The notes: generated from the letters alone by a model not told the origin. A stretch of 64,000 nt of DNA from Nitrospirota bacterium (GCA_013152485.1 JAADGG010000060.1:4542-68541); one strand, 5' to 3'. Positions 27,380-36,451 are shown, counted from the stretch's first letter. Made by a program: numbers and translations.

Positions 27380-28852
27380 CTAAAGCCCCTCCTCCGCCAT
27401 GTCGACGGCCCTCATCATGCCGAGGGCCTTGTTCACTGTCTCCCTGTATTCATTCTCGGGCACGGAATCCGCAACAATCCCTGCACCTGCCTGCACATAC
27501 AGCCTGCCGTCCTTGACCACGATGGTTCTTATCGTGATGCAGGTATCCGTGTTCCCGGAATACCCGAAATACCCGACCGCACCGGCATACGGTCCCCTCT
27601 TGACCGGTTCGAGCTCATCTATGATCTCCATGGCCCTCACCTTCGGCGCACCCGTAACAGTGCCGGCCGGAAAGCATGAACGGAAGAGATCGAATGCATC
27701 GAGTCCCTCCCGAAGGGTGCCCTCAACGTTAGACACGAGATGCATCACATGGCTGTAACGCTCGACGGACATCAGTTCCGTGACCTTCACACTGCCCGTC
27801 TCCGCAACCCTCCCCACATCGTTCCTGCCGAGGTCCACAAGCATTATGTGCTCGGCAACCTCCTTAGGGTCTTCCCTGAGCTCCTTCTCAAGGGCCCTGT
27901 CCTCGTCCTCGCTGAGCCCCCGCTTTCTCGTGCCAGCGATAGGTCTCAGCACTATGCGCCTCCCCTCGAGCCTGACGAGTATCTCCGGGGAGGACCCCAC
28001 GATCATGGCCTCCCCCGTATCCATGAAATACATGTACGGCGAGGGGTTCACGACCCTGAGGGCACGATATATGTTGAAGGGGTCTGCGTCACACTCGCGT
28101 TCGAACCTCTGAGAGACGACCACCTGCACGACATCACCGGCCCGGACATACTCCTTGGCCTTCCTCACCGCCTCCTCGAAGACCTCCTCCGGGCCGAAAG
28201 AAGAGACAAAGTCCCTCCGGCACGAAGGAGCCGCCCTAACACCGGTGGGCCCGGCAGGAACAGCCCTCAACCGTTCTATCGCGGCGTCTATCCTCTTCCC
28301 GGCCTCCCTGTAAGCCGCCTCTGGAGAGCCCTCGACGTGCACGGGGCAGACTATCTTGAGGCTCTGTTTGAGATTGTCGAACACGAGGACGATATCCGGC
28401 ATCATGAAGTACATGTCTGAAAGCCCCAGGGATGGCTTGTCCCTGTCAGGCACCCTCTCGAAATACTTTACCATCTCATACCCTATATAGCCCACGAGCC
28501 CGCCGTAAAACGCCGGCAGCCCGGCGACCCTCACGGGTCTATAGAGGGAGAGCTCCTCTTTCAGGGCATCGAGGGGATCGGCATAAACCGCCTTCTTCAG
28601 CGTCTCACCGTCCCGCACGATCTCGATACTGTTTCCCCTTGCACGTATCACCTTTCTGACCGATATGCCGAGGAAGGAGTATCTCCCCCATTTCTCTCCA
28701 CCTTCAACACTCTCGAACAGGAAAGAAGGAGTAGCAGAGAGTTTCAGATAGGCCGAGACCGGGGTCTCCATGTCCGCAAGTATCTCCCTGTACACGGGAA
28801 TCAGGTTGCCCGTGCCGGTCAAGCTCAGGAATGTCTCGTAATCCGGATACAT
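27380..28852 (-). CDS. trpE: Anthranilate synthase component I
   Basis: 490-aa ORF with chorismate-binding family motifs (LFESVEGGE, GAPKVRAMEIIDELE, RGPYAGAVGYF). Confidence 0.9.
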   Translation of the reverse strand: MYPDYETFLSLTGTGNLIPVYREILADMETPVSAYLKLSATPSFLFESVEGGEKWGRYSFLGISVRKVIRARGNSIEIVRDGETLKKAVYADPLDALKEELSLYRPVRVAGLPAFYGGLVGYIGYEMVKYFERVPDRDKPSLGLSDMYFMMPDIVLVFDNLKQSLKIVCPVHVEGSPEAAYREAGKRIDAAIERLRAVPAGPTGVRAAPSCRRDFVSSFGPEEVFEEAVRKAKEYVRAGDVVQVVVSQRFERECDADPFNIYRALRVVNPSPYMYFMDTGEAMIVGSSPEILVRLEGRRIVLRPIAGTRKRGLSEDEDRALEKELREDPKEVAEHIMLVDLGRNDVGRVAETGSVKVTELMSVERYSHVMHLVSNVEGTLREGLDAFDLFRSCFPAGTVTGAPKVRAMEIIDELEPVKRGPYAGAVGYFGYSGNTDTCITIRTIVVKDGRLYVQAGAGIVADSVPENEYRETVNKALGMMRAVDMAEEGL

Positions 28853-28925
28853 CGGATTATTTTAAACATAAAAAGCCCTTTTTAGCAATTGACACAGTCG
28901 TCGGGTTTATGATATTTTTATAGCC

Positions 28926-29189
28926 ATGAGGGCTTTCTCTATTCTGGCAAAGAGGCTGAGGGAGACAAGAAACCTGTTCCGTTACAGAACCAGGTGCAGG
29001 CACCTGAAGACCGAACTCGAACATGTGAAGACCTTTTATGACGAGAAACTCCAGGAGATGAGCCTGATACTGCAGTACAAGTCTCACGAGCTTGAACGGC
29101 GTATCAGTGAACTTGAGGAATACAGACGGGAAACCGAGCACCTGCTGAAAATCCTCGACTCCCTCGAATCGGAAAAGAGGACCAATTGA
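28926..29189 (+). CDS. Hypothetical small coiled-coil protein
   Basis: 87-aa ORF with a heptad-like charged sequence (KTELEHVKTFYDEKLQEMS...ELERRISELEEYRRETEHLLKILDSLESEK). Its AGG/ATA/GAG/AAG codon usage resembles neighbouring genes. A TTGACA box lies at 28889-28894. A 115-aa antisense ORF competes with it. Confidence 0.45.
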   Translation: MRAFSILAKRLRETRNLFRYRTRCRHLKTELEHVKTFYDEKLQEMSLILQYKSHELERRISELEEYRRETEHLLKILDSLESEKRTN

Positions 29190-29280
29190 ACATACATCTT
29201 GCATTGCTTATACTGACGTCGGTTGATTAAGACTCTTCTGGTTACTTTGAAAGCTCTTCAGGAGAATTCAAGGAGTTTAT

Positions 29281-29356
29281 GCGGGCGTAGCTCAGCTGGT
29301 AGAGCACAACCTTGCCAAGGTTGGGGTCGCGGGTTCGAATCCCGTCGCCCGCTCCA
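29281..29356 (+). tRNA. tRNA-Gly (anticodon GCC), CCA encoded
   Basis: Hand fold: acceptor GCGGGCG/CGCCCGC, D arm GCTC/GAGC, anticodon stem CAACC/GGTTG, loop TTGCCAA, T arm GCGGG-TTCGAAT-CCCGT. Confidence 0.9.
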
Positions 29357-29419
29357 TTTGAGAAAGAAACATCAGGACCGTACCAGGTCATGTGAATACC
29401 AGGCATGTCCCTGTTCTGC

Positions 29420-29495
29420 GGCGGCGTACCCAAGTGGCTAAGGGAGAGGTCTGCAAAACCTTTATGCGCCGGTTCGAATCCGGCCGCCGCCTCCA
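29420..29495 (+). tRNA. tRNA-Cys (anticodon GCA), CCA encoded
   Basis: Hand fold: acceptor GGCGGCG/CGCCGCC, anticodon stem GAGGT/ACCTT, loop CTGCAAA, T arm GCCGG-TTCGAAT-CCGGC. Confidence 0.85.
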
Positions 29496-29504
29496 ACACA
29501 ATGA

Positions 29505-29921
29505 TCACTCGCCTATGATCTTGACGAGCACCCTCTTTCTCCGCCTGCCGTCGAACTCACCGTAGAATATCTGCTCCCACGGGCCGAGGTCGAGTGCTCC
29601 GTCGGTCACGGCAACCACGACCTCCCTGCCCATTATCTGCCGCTTCATGTGGGCATCGGCATTGTCTTCACCGACATTGTGACGATACTGTGACACGGGC
29701 TCATGCGGAGCGAGCTTCTCGAGCCAGACGTCATAGTCGTGATGGAGTCCGGGCTCGTCGTCATTGATGAAGACAGAGGCCGTTATGTGCATGGCATTCA
29801 CCAGTACAAGCCCTTCCTTGATACCGCTCTCTCCTAAGCAGGCCACGACATCGGGGGTAATGTTTATGAAGGCCCTCCGGGTGGGCACTTCGAACCACAG
29901 CTCCTTGCGATAGCTCTTCAT
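29505..29921 (-). CDS. yjbQ: YjbQ/UPF0047-family protein
   Basis: 138-aa ORF behind AAGGAGGG. The sequence ([18 protein letters not shown]...NADAHMK...[16 protein letters not shown]) fits UPF0047. It is the last gene of the 33947->29505 operon. Confidence 0.8.
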   Translation of the reverse strand: MKSYRKELWFEVPTRRAFINITPDVVACLGESGIKEGLVLVNAMHITASVFINDDEPGLHHDYDVWLEKLAPHEPVSQYRHNVGEDNADAHMKRQIMGREVVVAVTDGALDLGPWEQIFYGEFDGRRRKRVLVKIIGE

Positions 29922-29946
29922 ATGCCCTCCTTGTACTCGTCTGTTC

Positions 29947-31287
29947 TCACAGGCCGCCGAAAGTCTGCCAGTTGCATGCAGGACGGTCCCTCATGTAACC
30001 CTCCAGCCAGTCATATTGGGGGTGCTGCCGCAAAAAGGCCTTGGCGTCGAAAGGCATGCCGCAGGCGTGCCCCCAGCGGGCCTGAAAACTCATGTTTCCC
30101 GCCATGGTGGAATCGACGACCTTGCCGTCACCAGCCCCCCACGGATAATAAGGCCCCTGACCGGCATGACTGCCGTATCTTGCATCGTCGAGTTCGAGGT
30201 GTCCGCATATCGTCCGGCTGCAAGGATTATCCTGCTTCCGGAGATAGACGTCTCCGTGGTCTGCTATGATCTCCTTGGCCTGCTCGATATCGACGACCCG
30301 ACCTTCGAGCAGCTCCTTGAACCGCAGGCGGCGGGCACCGTTGTAACGGATGTCGGAATAGCTGTCGCCGCTGCACTCCTGGTTGCGGATCCTCAGGTCG
30401 GAAGCCACGTTGTAACCGCTGAAATAGCCGTCGTCCTTCTTTTCGTACCCGAGGTACCTCAAGCCCATCTCGATCCTCGCTATCTCTCCAGTTCTTATAT
30501 CACCTACGAGCCAGCTGCCGGCGTAACCACCGTTGTTGTTTCTCCACATCCTGTTCTTCCAGTCATCGATGCTCCTGGCATATTGAGATGCCTTGCGCGA
30601 GCGGTAAAACTCCGGCGCCCTGTTGTCGTCGAACCCTGAAAATCCGGAGATGGTGGTTTCGGCCACCACCAGTCCCGCCCCGGTTATCCACCAGTCTATG
30701 GTACTGGCGATATAGCCCGGAGGGGCCTGGAAGATCAGGCGATACCCCTCGGACGGCCGGACGTCCAGAATGATGTTGTAGTGATCCGAGGCTGCATATC
30801 TGTCCCAGCAGTTGTGGGCAAGCACGACGTTGCCGTCTGTGGTGGCTCCACCGGTGGCAATGAATGCACTGCAGCGGTGCGCATTCCTGAACCAGTGCGG
30901 CTGCGATCCGTTATACAGCGGCCACCAGGAACCGAGGAGATCCTGATATCCGTTCCAGGCCAGAATCTCCTCAAAGCTCGTCATGAAGCGGTTTGCACAG
31001 GCACCATCGGCGATGCCCTGAAGCTCCTGTGTGAATTCATCGTCGATATGCCGCGGAAAGAACTCGTTGGCTTTCTCGACGAAGAAGTCCCACTGCATCC
31101 CCGTATCCCATTCGGCAAGGAACCTGTTCACCCTTATGGCCTCTTTTATCTGGGAAGCCAGATGATAACCATGCTGAAAGCCGCGCTGGTAAGGTTCTCC
31201 CTCGATCCTCAGGTAGATCCAGCCGTCTCTTGCCTCGGGCTCTCCCCCTGTCAGGAGATCTCTGAATACAATACGGTTATCCGTCAT
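29947..31287 (-). CDS. Cys-nucleophile Ntn-hydrolase superfamily protein (peptidase C45 / phospholipase B-like)
   Basis: 446-aa ORF with no signal peptide. The N-terminal [11 protein letters not shown] resembles the C45 pro-region motif. [11 protein letters not shown]...VVLAHNCW...[29 protein letters not shown] parallels the CSALIK / LVAHNTW / SSYPG...GSGLV..ETTIG blocks of PLB-like proteins as I recall them. Confidence 0.65.
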   Translation of the reverse strand: MTDNRIVFRDLLTGGEPEARDGWIYLRIEGEPYQRGFQHGYHLASQIKEAIRVNRFLAEWDTGMQWDFFVEKANEFFPRHIDDEFTQELQGIADGACANRFMTSFEEILAWNGYQDLLGSWWPLYNGSQPHWFRNAHRCSAFIATGGATTDGNVVLAHNCWDRYAASDHYNIILDVRPSEGYRLIFQAPPGYIASTIDWWITGAGLVVAETTISGFSGFDDNRAPEFYRSRKASQYARSIDDWKNRMWRNNNGGYAGSWLVGDIRTGEIARIEMGLRYLGYEKKDDGYFSGYNVASDLRIRNQECSGDSYSDIRYNGARRLRFKELLEGRVVDIEQAKEIIADHGDVYLRKQDNPCSRTICGHLELDDARYGSHAGQGPYYPWGAGDGKVVDSTMAGNMSFQARWGHACGMPFDAKAFLRQHPQYDWLEGYMRDRPACNWQTFGGL

Positions 31288-31305
31288 GACATCTCCTGCT
31301 CTCCT

Positions 31306-33012
31306 TCAGCTTGCCAGCCTCCCATCGGCGATCTCCTCCAACTGTTTCACTCCGCGGCTCCAGGGAAGAAATCCGATATTGGAGGCCGTGGTATTGAACC
31401 TGATCTCGGAAACGTTGTTCCTGATTCCCTGCTCCTGGTAATACTGGTATGCCCTGCCGCCTACGGTATAGCACGGCGCATATCCTGGCTGGGACAGGAA
31501 CGTGAAACACTCACCATGCAGATACTCTTTACTTATCTGGGTCTTCATAGACGCCCAGTCCAGAAAGGCCGTATATGTCATCTTACCACCATTGACCTTT
31601 ACATCGCAGAGGGCCCTGACATACCGGATGATCCGCCATATGTATGTTTCGAATCCGGCTCCAAGTACGGCCTGTTCCTGTGCCTCGCGGGTATCACCGT
31701 AGAGTTCCAGATAGGCCTGCTGTACAGGATCGAGATTTCTTTTCCCCAGGAGATCTTGAGCTGCCTTCCAATACTGGTATTCACGGAAAAAGGCCATTCC
31801 CTCGGTCAACACCTCCAGGATCGGGGTAAACAGGTTCAGCAGCGGCGAACCCGCATGTTGAGCCGCCTTGACAAAGTTGAAACCATGCGACAACTCATGC
31901 ACTATGATATTGATCATGGTCAGCAGGGAGGCACTCTTGGAAGGGGTGAAATACAGGTTTGCCGAGGGATGATCCGTCAAATAATCAACCGCACGGTCCT
32001 CTCCGCCCGTCACCATCGATGCCAGGTACGAAGGCGTCTGCACCAGCGTCACATGGTCAGTGGAGTCGATACGTATGATATAGTCCGTGCCGAATGCATT
32101 GCTGACCGATACAACCTTCTCTGCAGCCGTTATCTCGTCTTTCACGGCATAGTATTCGCTTTGAGCCTTCCAGACCTCCTCTATCGAACTTCCCGCGGGT
32201 AACCCGAGCTTCTGCGCCATCTCCCCGGCGAGTGAAGACAAGACCGGCATTTCAGCATTCAGCAGGTCGGAGGCCATGTTTTCGATCTCTCCGGCTGTGA
32301 GACCGAGATTATACTGATCTTCCAGCAGGCCGGGATACCCCGGAGCAGGTTCCGGGGGCATCTCGTGTTCTGCAAACAGTTTCAGAAGTTCACCCGTATC
32401 CTTCGTATCGAGCCCTGGCTCATGGAAGACCTCTCTATAGGTGTTGATGCAGTCCACGACCTCATCACGTAGGACCGGCCGCTGCTTCCATCGTCCGTTC
32501 AGCGCCTCGAAACACCCCAGAAGGTACCCGGCTGCATCCAGGCATCCCCTCCTGGTCTCATAAGAGAAGTCCCTGCCCTGCCAGCGCGCGCTTTCGAAAC
32601 GCAGAAGTTCAATGACCCCGCACAGGTAGTCCTGCAGCCACTCGGGCTCGCCCTGTTCCTTTACAAGGATATAAAAAAAACCGTCTCCTGCTGCAGTGAC
32701 TCCTGCAGTCGGCCCCGTGTTCTCAAGGGAGCTCCGGAAGAGCGTCAGCAGACGATCGGCGCAAAACTGAAGGTCTTCAGAGGAAAACTTCCCTGAAATA
32801 TCCCTTCCGACCCTTTCAATGCCGGCATAAGCCGCCTGGAGATTCTCGGGCGTCTGAATAAAAAGCCCGGGAAGGCTGCTTCTGAATCCGGACGTATACC
32901 CCTTGACCGGAAACAGCTCCGCCCATAACTCGACGACTTCGTATGCAGCAGAATCCACTCTCCTCTCCTCCTGTCCAGCCCACCCGACGGCCCCCTTATG
33001 CCGGTCCGTCAT
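31306..33012 (-). CDS. DUF885-like HExxH metalloprotein (putative metallopeptidase)
   Basis: 568-aa ORF. HELSH is followed by EGMAFFRE, then WRIIRY..D...G.MT, QPGYAPCYTVGG and a C-terminal G.LPW. This is the DUF885 pattern as I recall it. Its ATG overlaps the upstream stop (ATGA at 33009-33012). Confidence 0.6.
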   Translation of the reverse strand: MTDRHKGAVGWAGQEERRVDSAAYEVVELWAELFPVKGYTSGFRSSLPGLFIQTPENLQAAYAGIERVGRDISGKFSSEDLQFCADRLLTLFRSSLENTGPTAGVTAAGDGFFYILVKEQGEPEWLQDYLCGVIELLRFESARWQGRDFSYETRRGCLDAAGYLLGCFEALNGRWKQRPVLRDEVVDCINTYREVFHEPGLDTKDTGELLKLFAEHEMPPEPAPGYPGLLEDQYNLGLTAGEIENMASDLLNAEMPVLSSLAGEMAQKLGLPAGSSIEEVWKAQSEYYAVKDEITAAEKVVSVSNAFGTDYIIRIDSTDHVTLVQTPSYLASMVTGGEDRAVDYLTDHPSANLYFTPSKSASLLTMINIIVHELSHGFNFVKAAQHAGSPLLNLFTPILEVLTEGMAFFREYQYWKAAQDLLGKRNLDPVQQAYLELYGDTREAQEQAVLGAGFETYIWRIIRYVRALCDVKVNGGKMTYTAFLDWASMKTQISKEYLHGECFTFLSQPGYAPCYTVGGRAYQYYQEQGIRNNVSEIRFNTTASNIGFLPWSRGVKQLEEIADGRLAS

Positions 33013-33947
33013 TCAGGTTTTGAGACTCCGCGTGCAGGGTCGGTTCCCTCCGGCCCCAGAAATCCCTGTTGATGCCTCGGGATCTCCGGCAGCGGGGATA
33101 AACCGAGGGCCTTTTCCCATTGGTCAATGCTCATGTACATCAAGTCGGAAGGCTGCCTGCCGGGAGGGATCGATCTCCTGGCGAGGGTGACGTAAGGTGC
33201 ACATGTCAGAGCGCAGCCCACATGATTCTCAGGCACATACAACAACCTGTAACCGGCAAACGTCTCTTTGTACCTTACTCCCTGATCTGCTCCGCAAAGC
33301 ACCACGCTATTGGTTATCTTTCTCAGCGTGCCGTCCAGAAAACCCGTCACTTCCTCATAATTCATGTCGGCAGGACAGGTGTTGGCGTCTTCAATGAAGA
33401 GATTTGCTCCGGAGGTCCGGTCGTCAAGTATGCTCAGAGCAATGGCCGACCAGACCCAGACCGGACCTTTCTTTGTTATGTCCTTGTTTGCGCAGATCAC
33501 ATGTGCTCCGGGCAAGGGATTGAAGCGCCTGTAAGCCTCCGTACCGAAGAGCCTCTGTGTTGCATCGAGCAGGGGATAGACGTTGTATACCGGGATGCTC
33601 GATCCATCCGGCAGGGGCTGGTTATAGAGAAGATTCCCCCGAAGGTTATCGGCTGACGCCAGGTCATACCCCCAGACGGCACCGTTGAGACCGCAGAAGG
33701 ATGAAGCCGTAAGCATGTTGATCTGACCGATGTAGGCATCGTTGGCCTCACAGCGGTCATAGGAGACTATCCCCTCTGTAACTTCATCGAGGTTTTCAAC
33801 CCTCACCATACCCACCGAGAGCTTGAGGGTGGAGATGTAACCGTTTCCAGAGGCTCCCGGATTCAGGTACCCCATGCAAAAATCGTCTTCACTCCCGACG
33901 GCTCCGTTTATCACCGCTGCGGGATCGTATGGATAGTTCGAGTTCAC
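33009..33947 (-). CDS. hdcA: Pyruvoyl-dependent histidine decarboxylase proenzyme homologue (HdcA family)
   Basis: 312-aa ORF with a GTG start behind AGAAGGAGGAA. Blocks GYLNPGASGNGYISTLKL, GIVSYDRCEANDAYIGQINMLTASSFCG, DGSSIPVYNVYPLLDA, PGAHVICANK, WSAIALS, LFIEDA and APYVTLARRSIPPG parallel Lactobacillus 30a HdcA as I recall it. This includes the Ser-Ser self-cleavage site (Ser82-Ser83 here). Confidence 0.8.
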   Translation of the reverse strand: MNSNYPYDPAAVINGAVGSEDDFCMGYLNPGASGNGYISTLKLSVGMVRVENLDEVTEGIVSYDRCEANDAYIGQINMLTASSFCGLNGAVWGYDLASADNLRGNLLYNQPLPDGSSIPVYNVYPLLDATQRLFGTEAYRRFNPLPGAHVICANKDITKKGPVWVWSAIALSILDDRTSGANLFIEDANTCPADMNYEEVTGFLDGTLRKITNSVVLCGADQGVRYKETFAGYRLLYVPENHVGCALTCAPYVTLARRSIPPGRQPSDLMYMSIDQWEKALGLSPLPEIPRHQQGFLGPEGTDPARGVSKPE

Positions 33948-34510
33948 AGTTCCTCCTTCTCTGTCTTACGGTTTCTTATTCAGCCTGAATAAATAATAGT
34001 AGAACAGGTTGCCGCCATCGCACATCTTCACCGTGCCGGACAGTTTCAGGAACAGGTGGCATCCCACGTCGTCCAGCATTTGGCATCAGCACTCCCGCGG
34101 TTGCAACTGTCCATACAAGGCCGTGCAGTTTGAAATGCAGCCGACATCCTGCCTGCCGCCGGGCAGGACAGAGATCTCCCTTTCCTCAAAATTCGGGGCC
34201 TGATGCACTGACAGCAACCTTGAACATCCCTGAAAGGTTGGGAGCCCGGGGGATCTTCCCGGGACTGTCCGAATCGATGATTCCAGACCGGTCGCCGTCG
34301 GTCTGCCCGGTCCTTACCTGACTGCCATGTGACATAACGAGCAGTCTCATGTTGCGGCGACACATGAGCCCATGTGCACCCTCGCCCGGTTCCAGTTCGT
34401 TCTCCACCGTCTCTCGATTGACCGTAACCCGACCAGACTACCTTGACCCAGGATTCAGACCCCCTCTCTGCAGCCCCGGACGTCCATTGCGGACCGTGCA
34501 CCGTTCCCGT

Positions 34511-34822
34511 CTATGTTTCACCTTCGCCTATCGGCTCGGAGCTGGTTCCCAGGAACGCCCTGCCGGCAGTAAAGTAGATATAGACGGGTTTCTCGTTCCT
34601 CAGCACATCGATTACGTTCTCGAACATTGCGGAAGGCAAATGCATCATGATTATTCCGCCGCTCTCATAGTCGTCCTCAAAGAACTGTCCCGGATCATTG
34701 AACCTGATCCAGGCCACAACCTTTCCGTTCGTGTCCTTCAACTGAATCTGGGCACGGTTGGTCTGGTACCCGGAAGGACTGCCGTAGAACAGAACACTGT
34801 AGCTGCCGATTGTGTGTGCCAT
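34511..34822 (-). CDS. Small protein of unknown function (103 aa), paralogue of 5446-5775
   Basis: The track ORF is trimmed to the ATG at 34822 behind the perfect SD AAAGGAGGAG. It aligns with the 109-aa protein at 5446-5775 (see there). Confidence 0.6.
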   Translation of the reverse strand: MAHTIGSYSVLFYGSPSGYQTNRAQIQLKDTNGKVVAWIRFNDPGQFFEDDYESGGIIMMHLPSAMFENVIDVLRNEKPVYIYFTAGRAFLGTSSEPIGEGET

Positions 34823-35202
34823 GATAGCTCCTCCTTTATTTGGATTCTCCGGTCGATTCCGGTACAAAAAAACCCTCTGTCGGCGCTGCTCACCTCCCGC
34901 CCCCTCACAGAGACGCCCAGCGCATCTCCCGCCTCTACACAGACTCGATTACAACGACCATCCCTAAACATTATACTGAAGCGGAACGAATATTGATGGT
35001 AAAAATACCTTTACAATTAGGACTGTCTCCGTGAAGCGCAAAAACACGACGCATCTGTGACGTTCCTGGGGACGTGAACCCGGATATCTCTCGGCGCTTT
35101 TTTCTCGGTCTCTCCGAATACGCGGCAATCAAACAAGAAAGTATCATCTTTGATCAGCTACAATATAACGGTGAAATCGTACAAACAGGATTGAGGCGGG
35201 GG

Positions 35203-36219
35203 ATGATCTTCAGCGGAGTGCCTGCACAGATTGTATTGGCCTTTTTAGTGGATTCGCTCATTGGGGACCCCAAGTGGATTCCACACCCCATAAGGTGTAT
35301 CGGCGAGTACATATCCTGGCTTGAGGACCGGGCGAGAAGGGTTTGCCACAGTCCTGCGGCTGAAAAGGTATCGGGAGGCGTGGTTGTTGCGGCTGTTGTG
35401 GGGTCAACCTATCTTGTAACTTATCTCTTTACTGAAACAGTATCCTCTGTATTCAGGAACGTCTCGATATTAAATATTGTCTCAGCAAATGATACAGTCA
35501 TTGCTATAGCCGGGTCCCTGACCATTGCACTCAGGGGGCTGAGGGAGTCTGCCGGAAACGTGCTTTCCGAGCTCAAACGGTCTGATCTTGACTCTGCAAG
35601 GGAACGGCTTGGACATATCGTCGGCAGGGATACGGAAGGGCTGGGCGAGGAGGGGATTTTGAGGGCAACGGTGGAGACACTTGCGGAAAACCTCTCGGAC
35701 GGCGTGATCGCACCGATGTTCTACTTTGCAATAGGAGGGTTGCCGCTTGCCATGGCATACAAGGCGGTGAACACCCTGGACTCCATGCTCGGCTACAGGA
35801 ACGAAAGATACATGAATTTCGGATATGCGGCTGCAAGACTTGACGATATGGTCAACTACATTCCTGCAAGGCTCACGGCCTGGACCATAGTATCCTCTGC
35901 AGCAGTGCTGTCACTCGTCGTGCGCAGGGTAAACCCCCTGAAGGCGGCACGGATCATGCTGCGCGATGGAAGAAAACACTCGAGCCCGAACGCGGGTCTG
36001 CCAGAGGCTGCCATGGCCGGAGCACTCGGCATCAGGCTCGGCGGACCTTCTTCTTACGGAGGAGTAGTACATGACAAACCGTTCATCGGAGAAGGCGGAC
36101 GTGAGATCGAACCTGCAGACGGAGCCATCGCAGACAGGATTACAGGGGTTGCAGGAGGCATGGGTATGATCTTGTGTGTGGCGCTTTCCGCTTCGATACA
36201 CAGGGTTCTGATCATGTGA
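35203..36219 (+). CDS. cbiB: Adenosylcobinamide-phosphate synthase (CbiB/CobD)
   Basis: LAFLVDSLIGDPKWIPHPIRCIG near the N-terminus and multiple TM segments. I prefer the ATG at 35203 behind GAGGCGGGGG. The track GTG at 35074 adds 43 atypical residues. Confidence 0.8.
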   Translation: MIFSGVPAQIVLAFLVDSLIGDPKWIPHPIRCIGEYISWLEDRARRVCHSPAAEKVSGGVVVAAVVGSTYLVTYLFTETVSSVFRNVSILNIVSANDTVIAIAGSLTIALRGLRESAGNVLSELKRSDLDSARERLGHIVGRDTEGLGEEGILRATVETLAENLSDGVIAPMFYFAIGGLPLAMAYKAVNTLDSMLGYRNERYMNFGYAAARLDDMVNYIPARLTAWTIVSSAAVLSLVVRRVNPLKAARIMLRDGRKHSSPNAGLPEAAMAGALGIRLGGPSSYGGVVHDKPFIGEGGREIEPADGAIADRITGVAGGMGMILCVALSASIHRVLIM

Positions 36220-36451
36220 TGCCCGATGGTATCTTCTTTGGACATCCCCGAAGTGCTTTCCGGCTTGCAGGACCCTCAACCAATGCGCTTCATTCGCACA
36301 GGGTGTCCGGCGGGTAGCGCCAGAAGCGGCAGATGGATGCCGGAAGGACTTCATCACTGAAGCAGGGAAGGCAACCCCGAGGCAAGAATACATGTGGCGG
36401 TTTCATCCGTTCGTCTGCGAAGAACGCTGAATCCGCCCCCCTGTTGCTCGC

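Noticed and set aside
28853-29280. Trp attenuator leader peptide or T-box upstream of trpE; also the 115-aa minus ORF at 28857-29204.
   Set aside because: There are no tandem Trp codons and no specifier/T-box sequence. The minus ORF contains no Trp and looks like the shadow of the plus-strand coiled-coil ORF. The region may simply hold that small gene plus promoters.
34046-34501. 151-aa and 73-aa minus-strand ORFs filling the spacer upstream of the HdcA-like gene.
   Set aside because: They are W/R/G-rich with no SD, no recognisable domain and codon choice unlike neighbouring genes. They are kept only as a hypothesis, including the 33-codon Cys-rich 3' mini-ORF, in the findings.
33948-34510. 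Tested the long spacer by eye for RNase P RNA, tmRNA, SRP RNA and the cobalamin riboswitch.
   Set aside because: Only isolated fragments are present (GAGGAAAG, CAGGTAAGG, GGGGCCTGA). They are in the wrong order and lack the partner motifs: no GAGGAAAGUCCGGGC, no tRNA-like 3' end and no B12 box. No family can be supported without a covariance-model scan.
29281-34822. Genomic island or integrative element at the tRNA-Gly/tRNA-Cys locus.
   Set aside because: No integrase, transposase or phage genes are present. I found no direct repeat of the tRNA-Cys 3' end at the far boundary (34.8-35.2 kb). Atypical codon use in the HdcA-like gene is only an impression. Horizontal origin remains possible but unsupported.
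34823-35202. Possible cobalamin riboswitch in the 380-nt divergent region upstream of cbiB.
   Set aside because: Only a GGTGAAA fragment occurs ~40 nt before the start. No B12-box-like GCCACTG or the surrounding conserved helices are visible.
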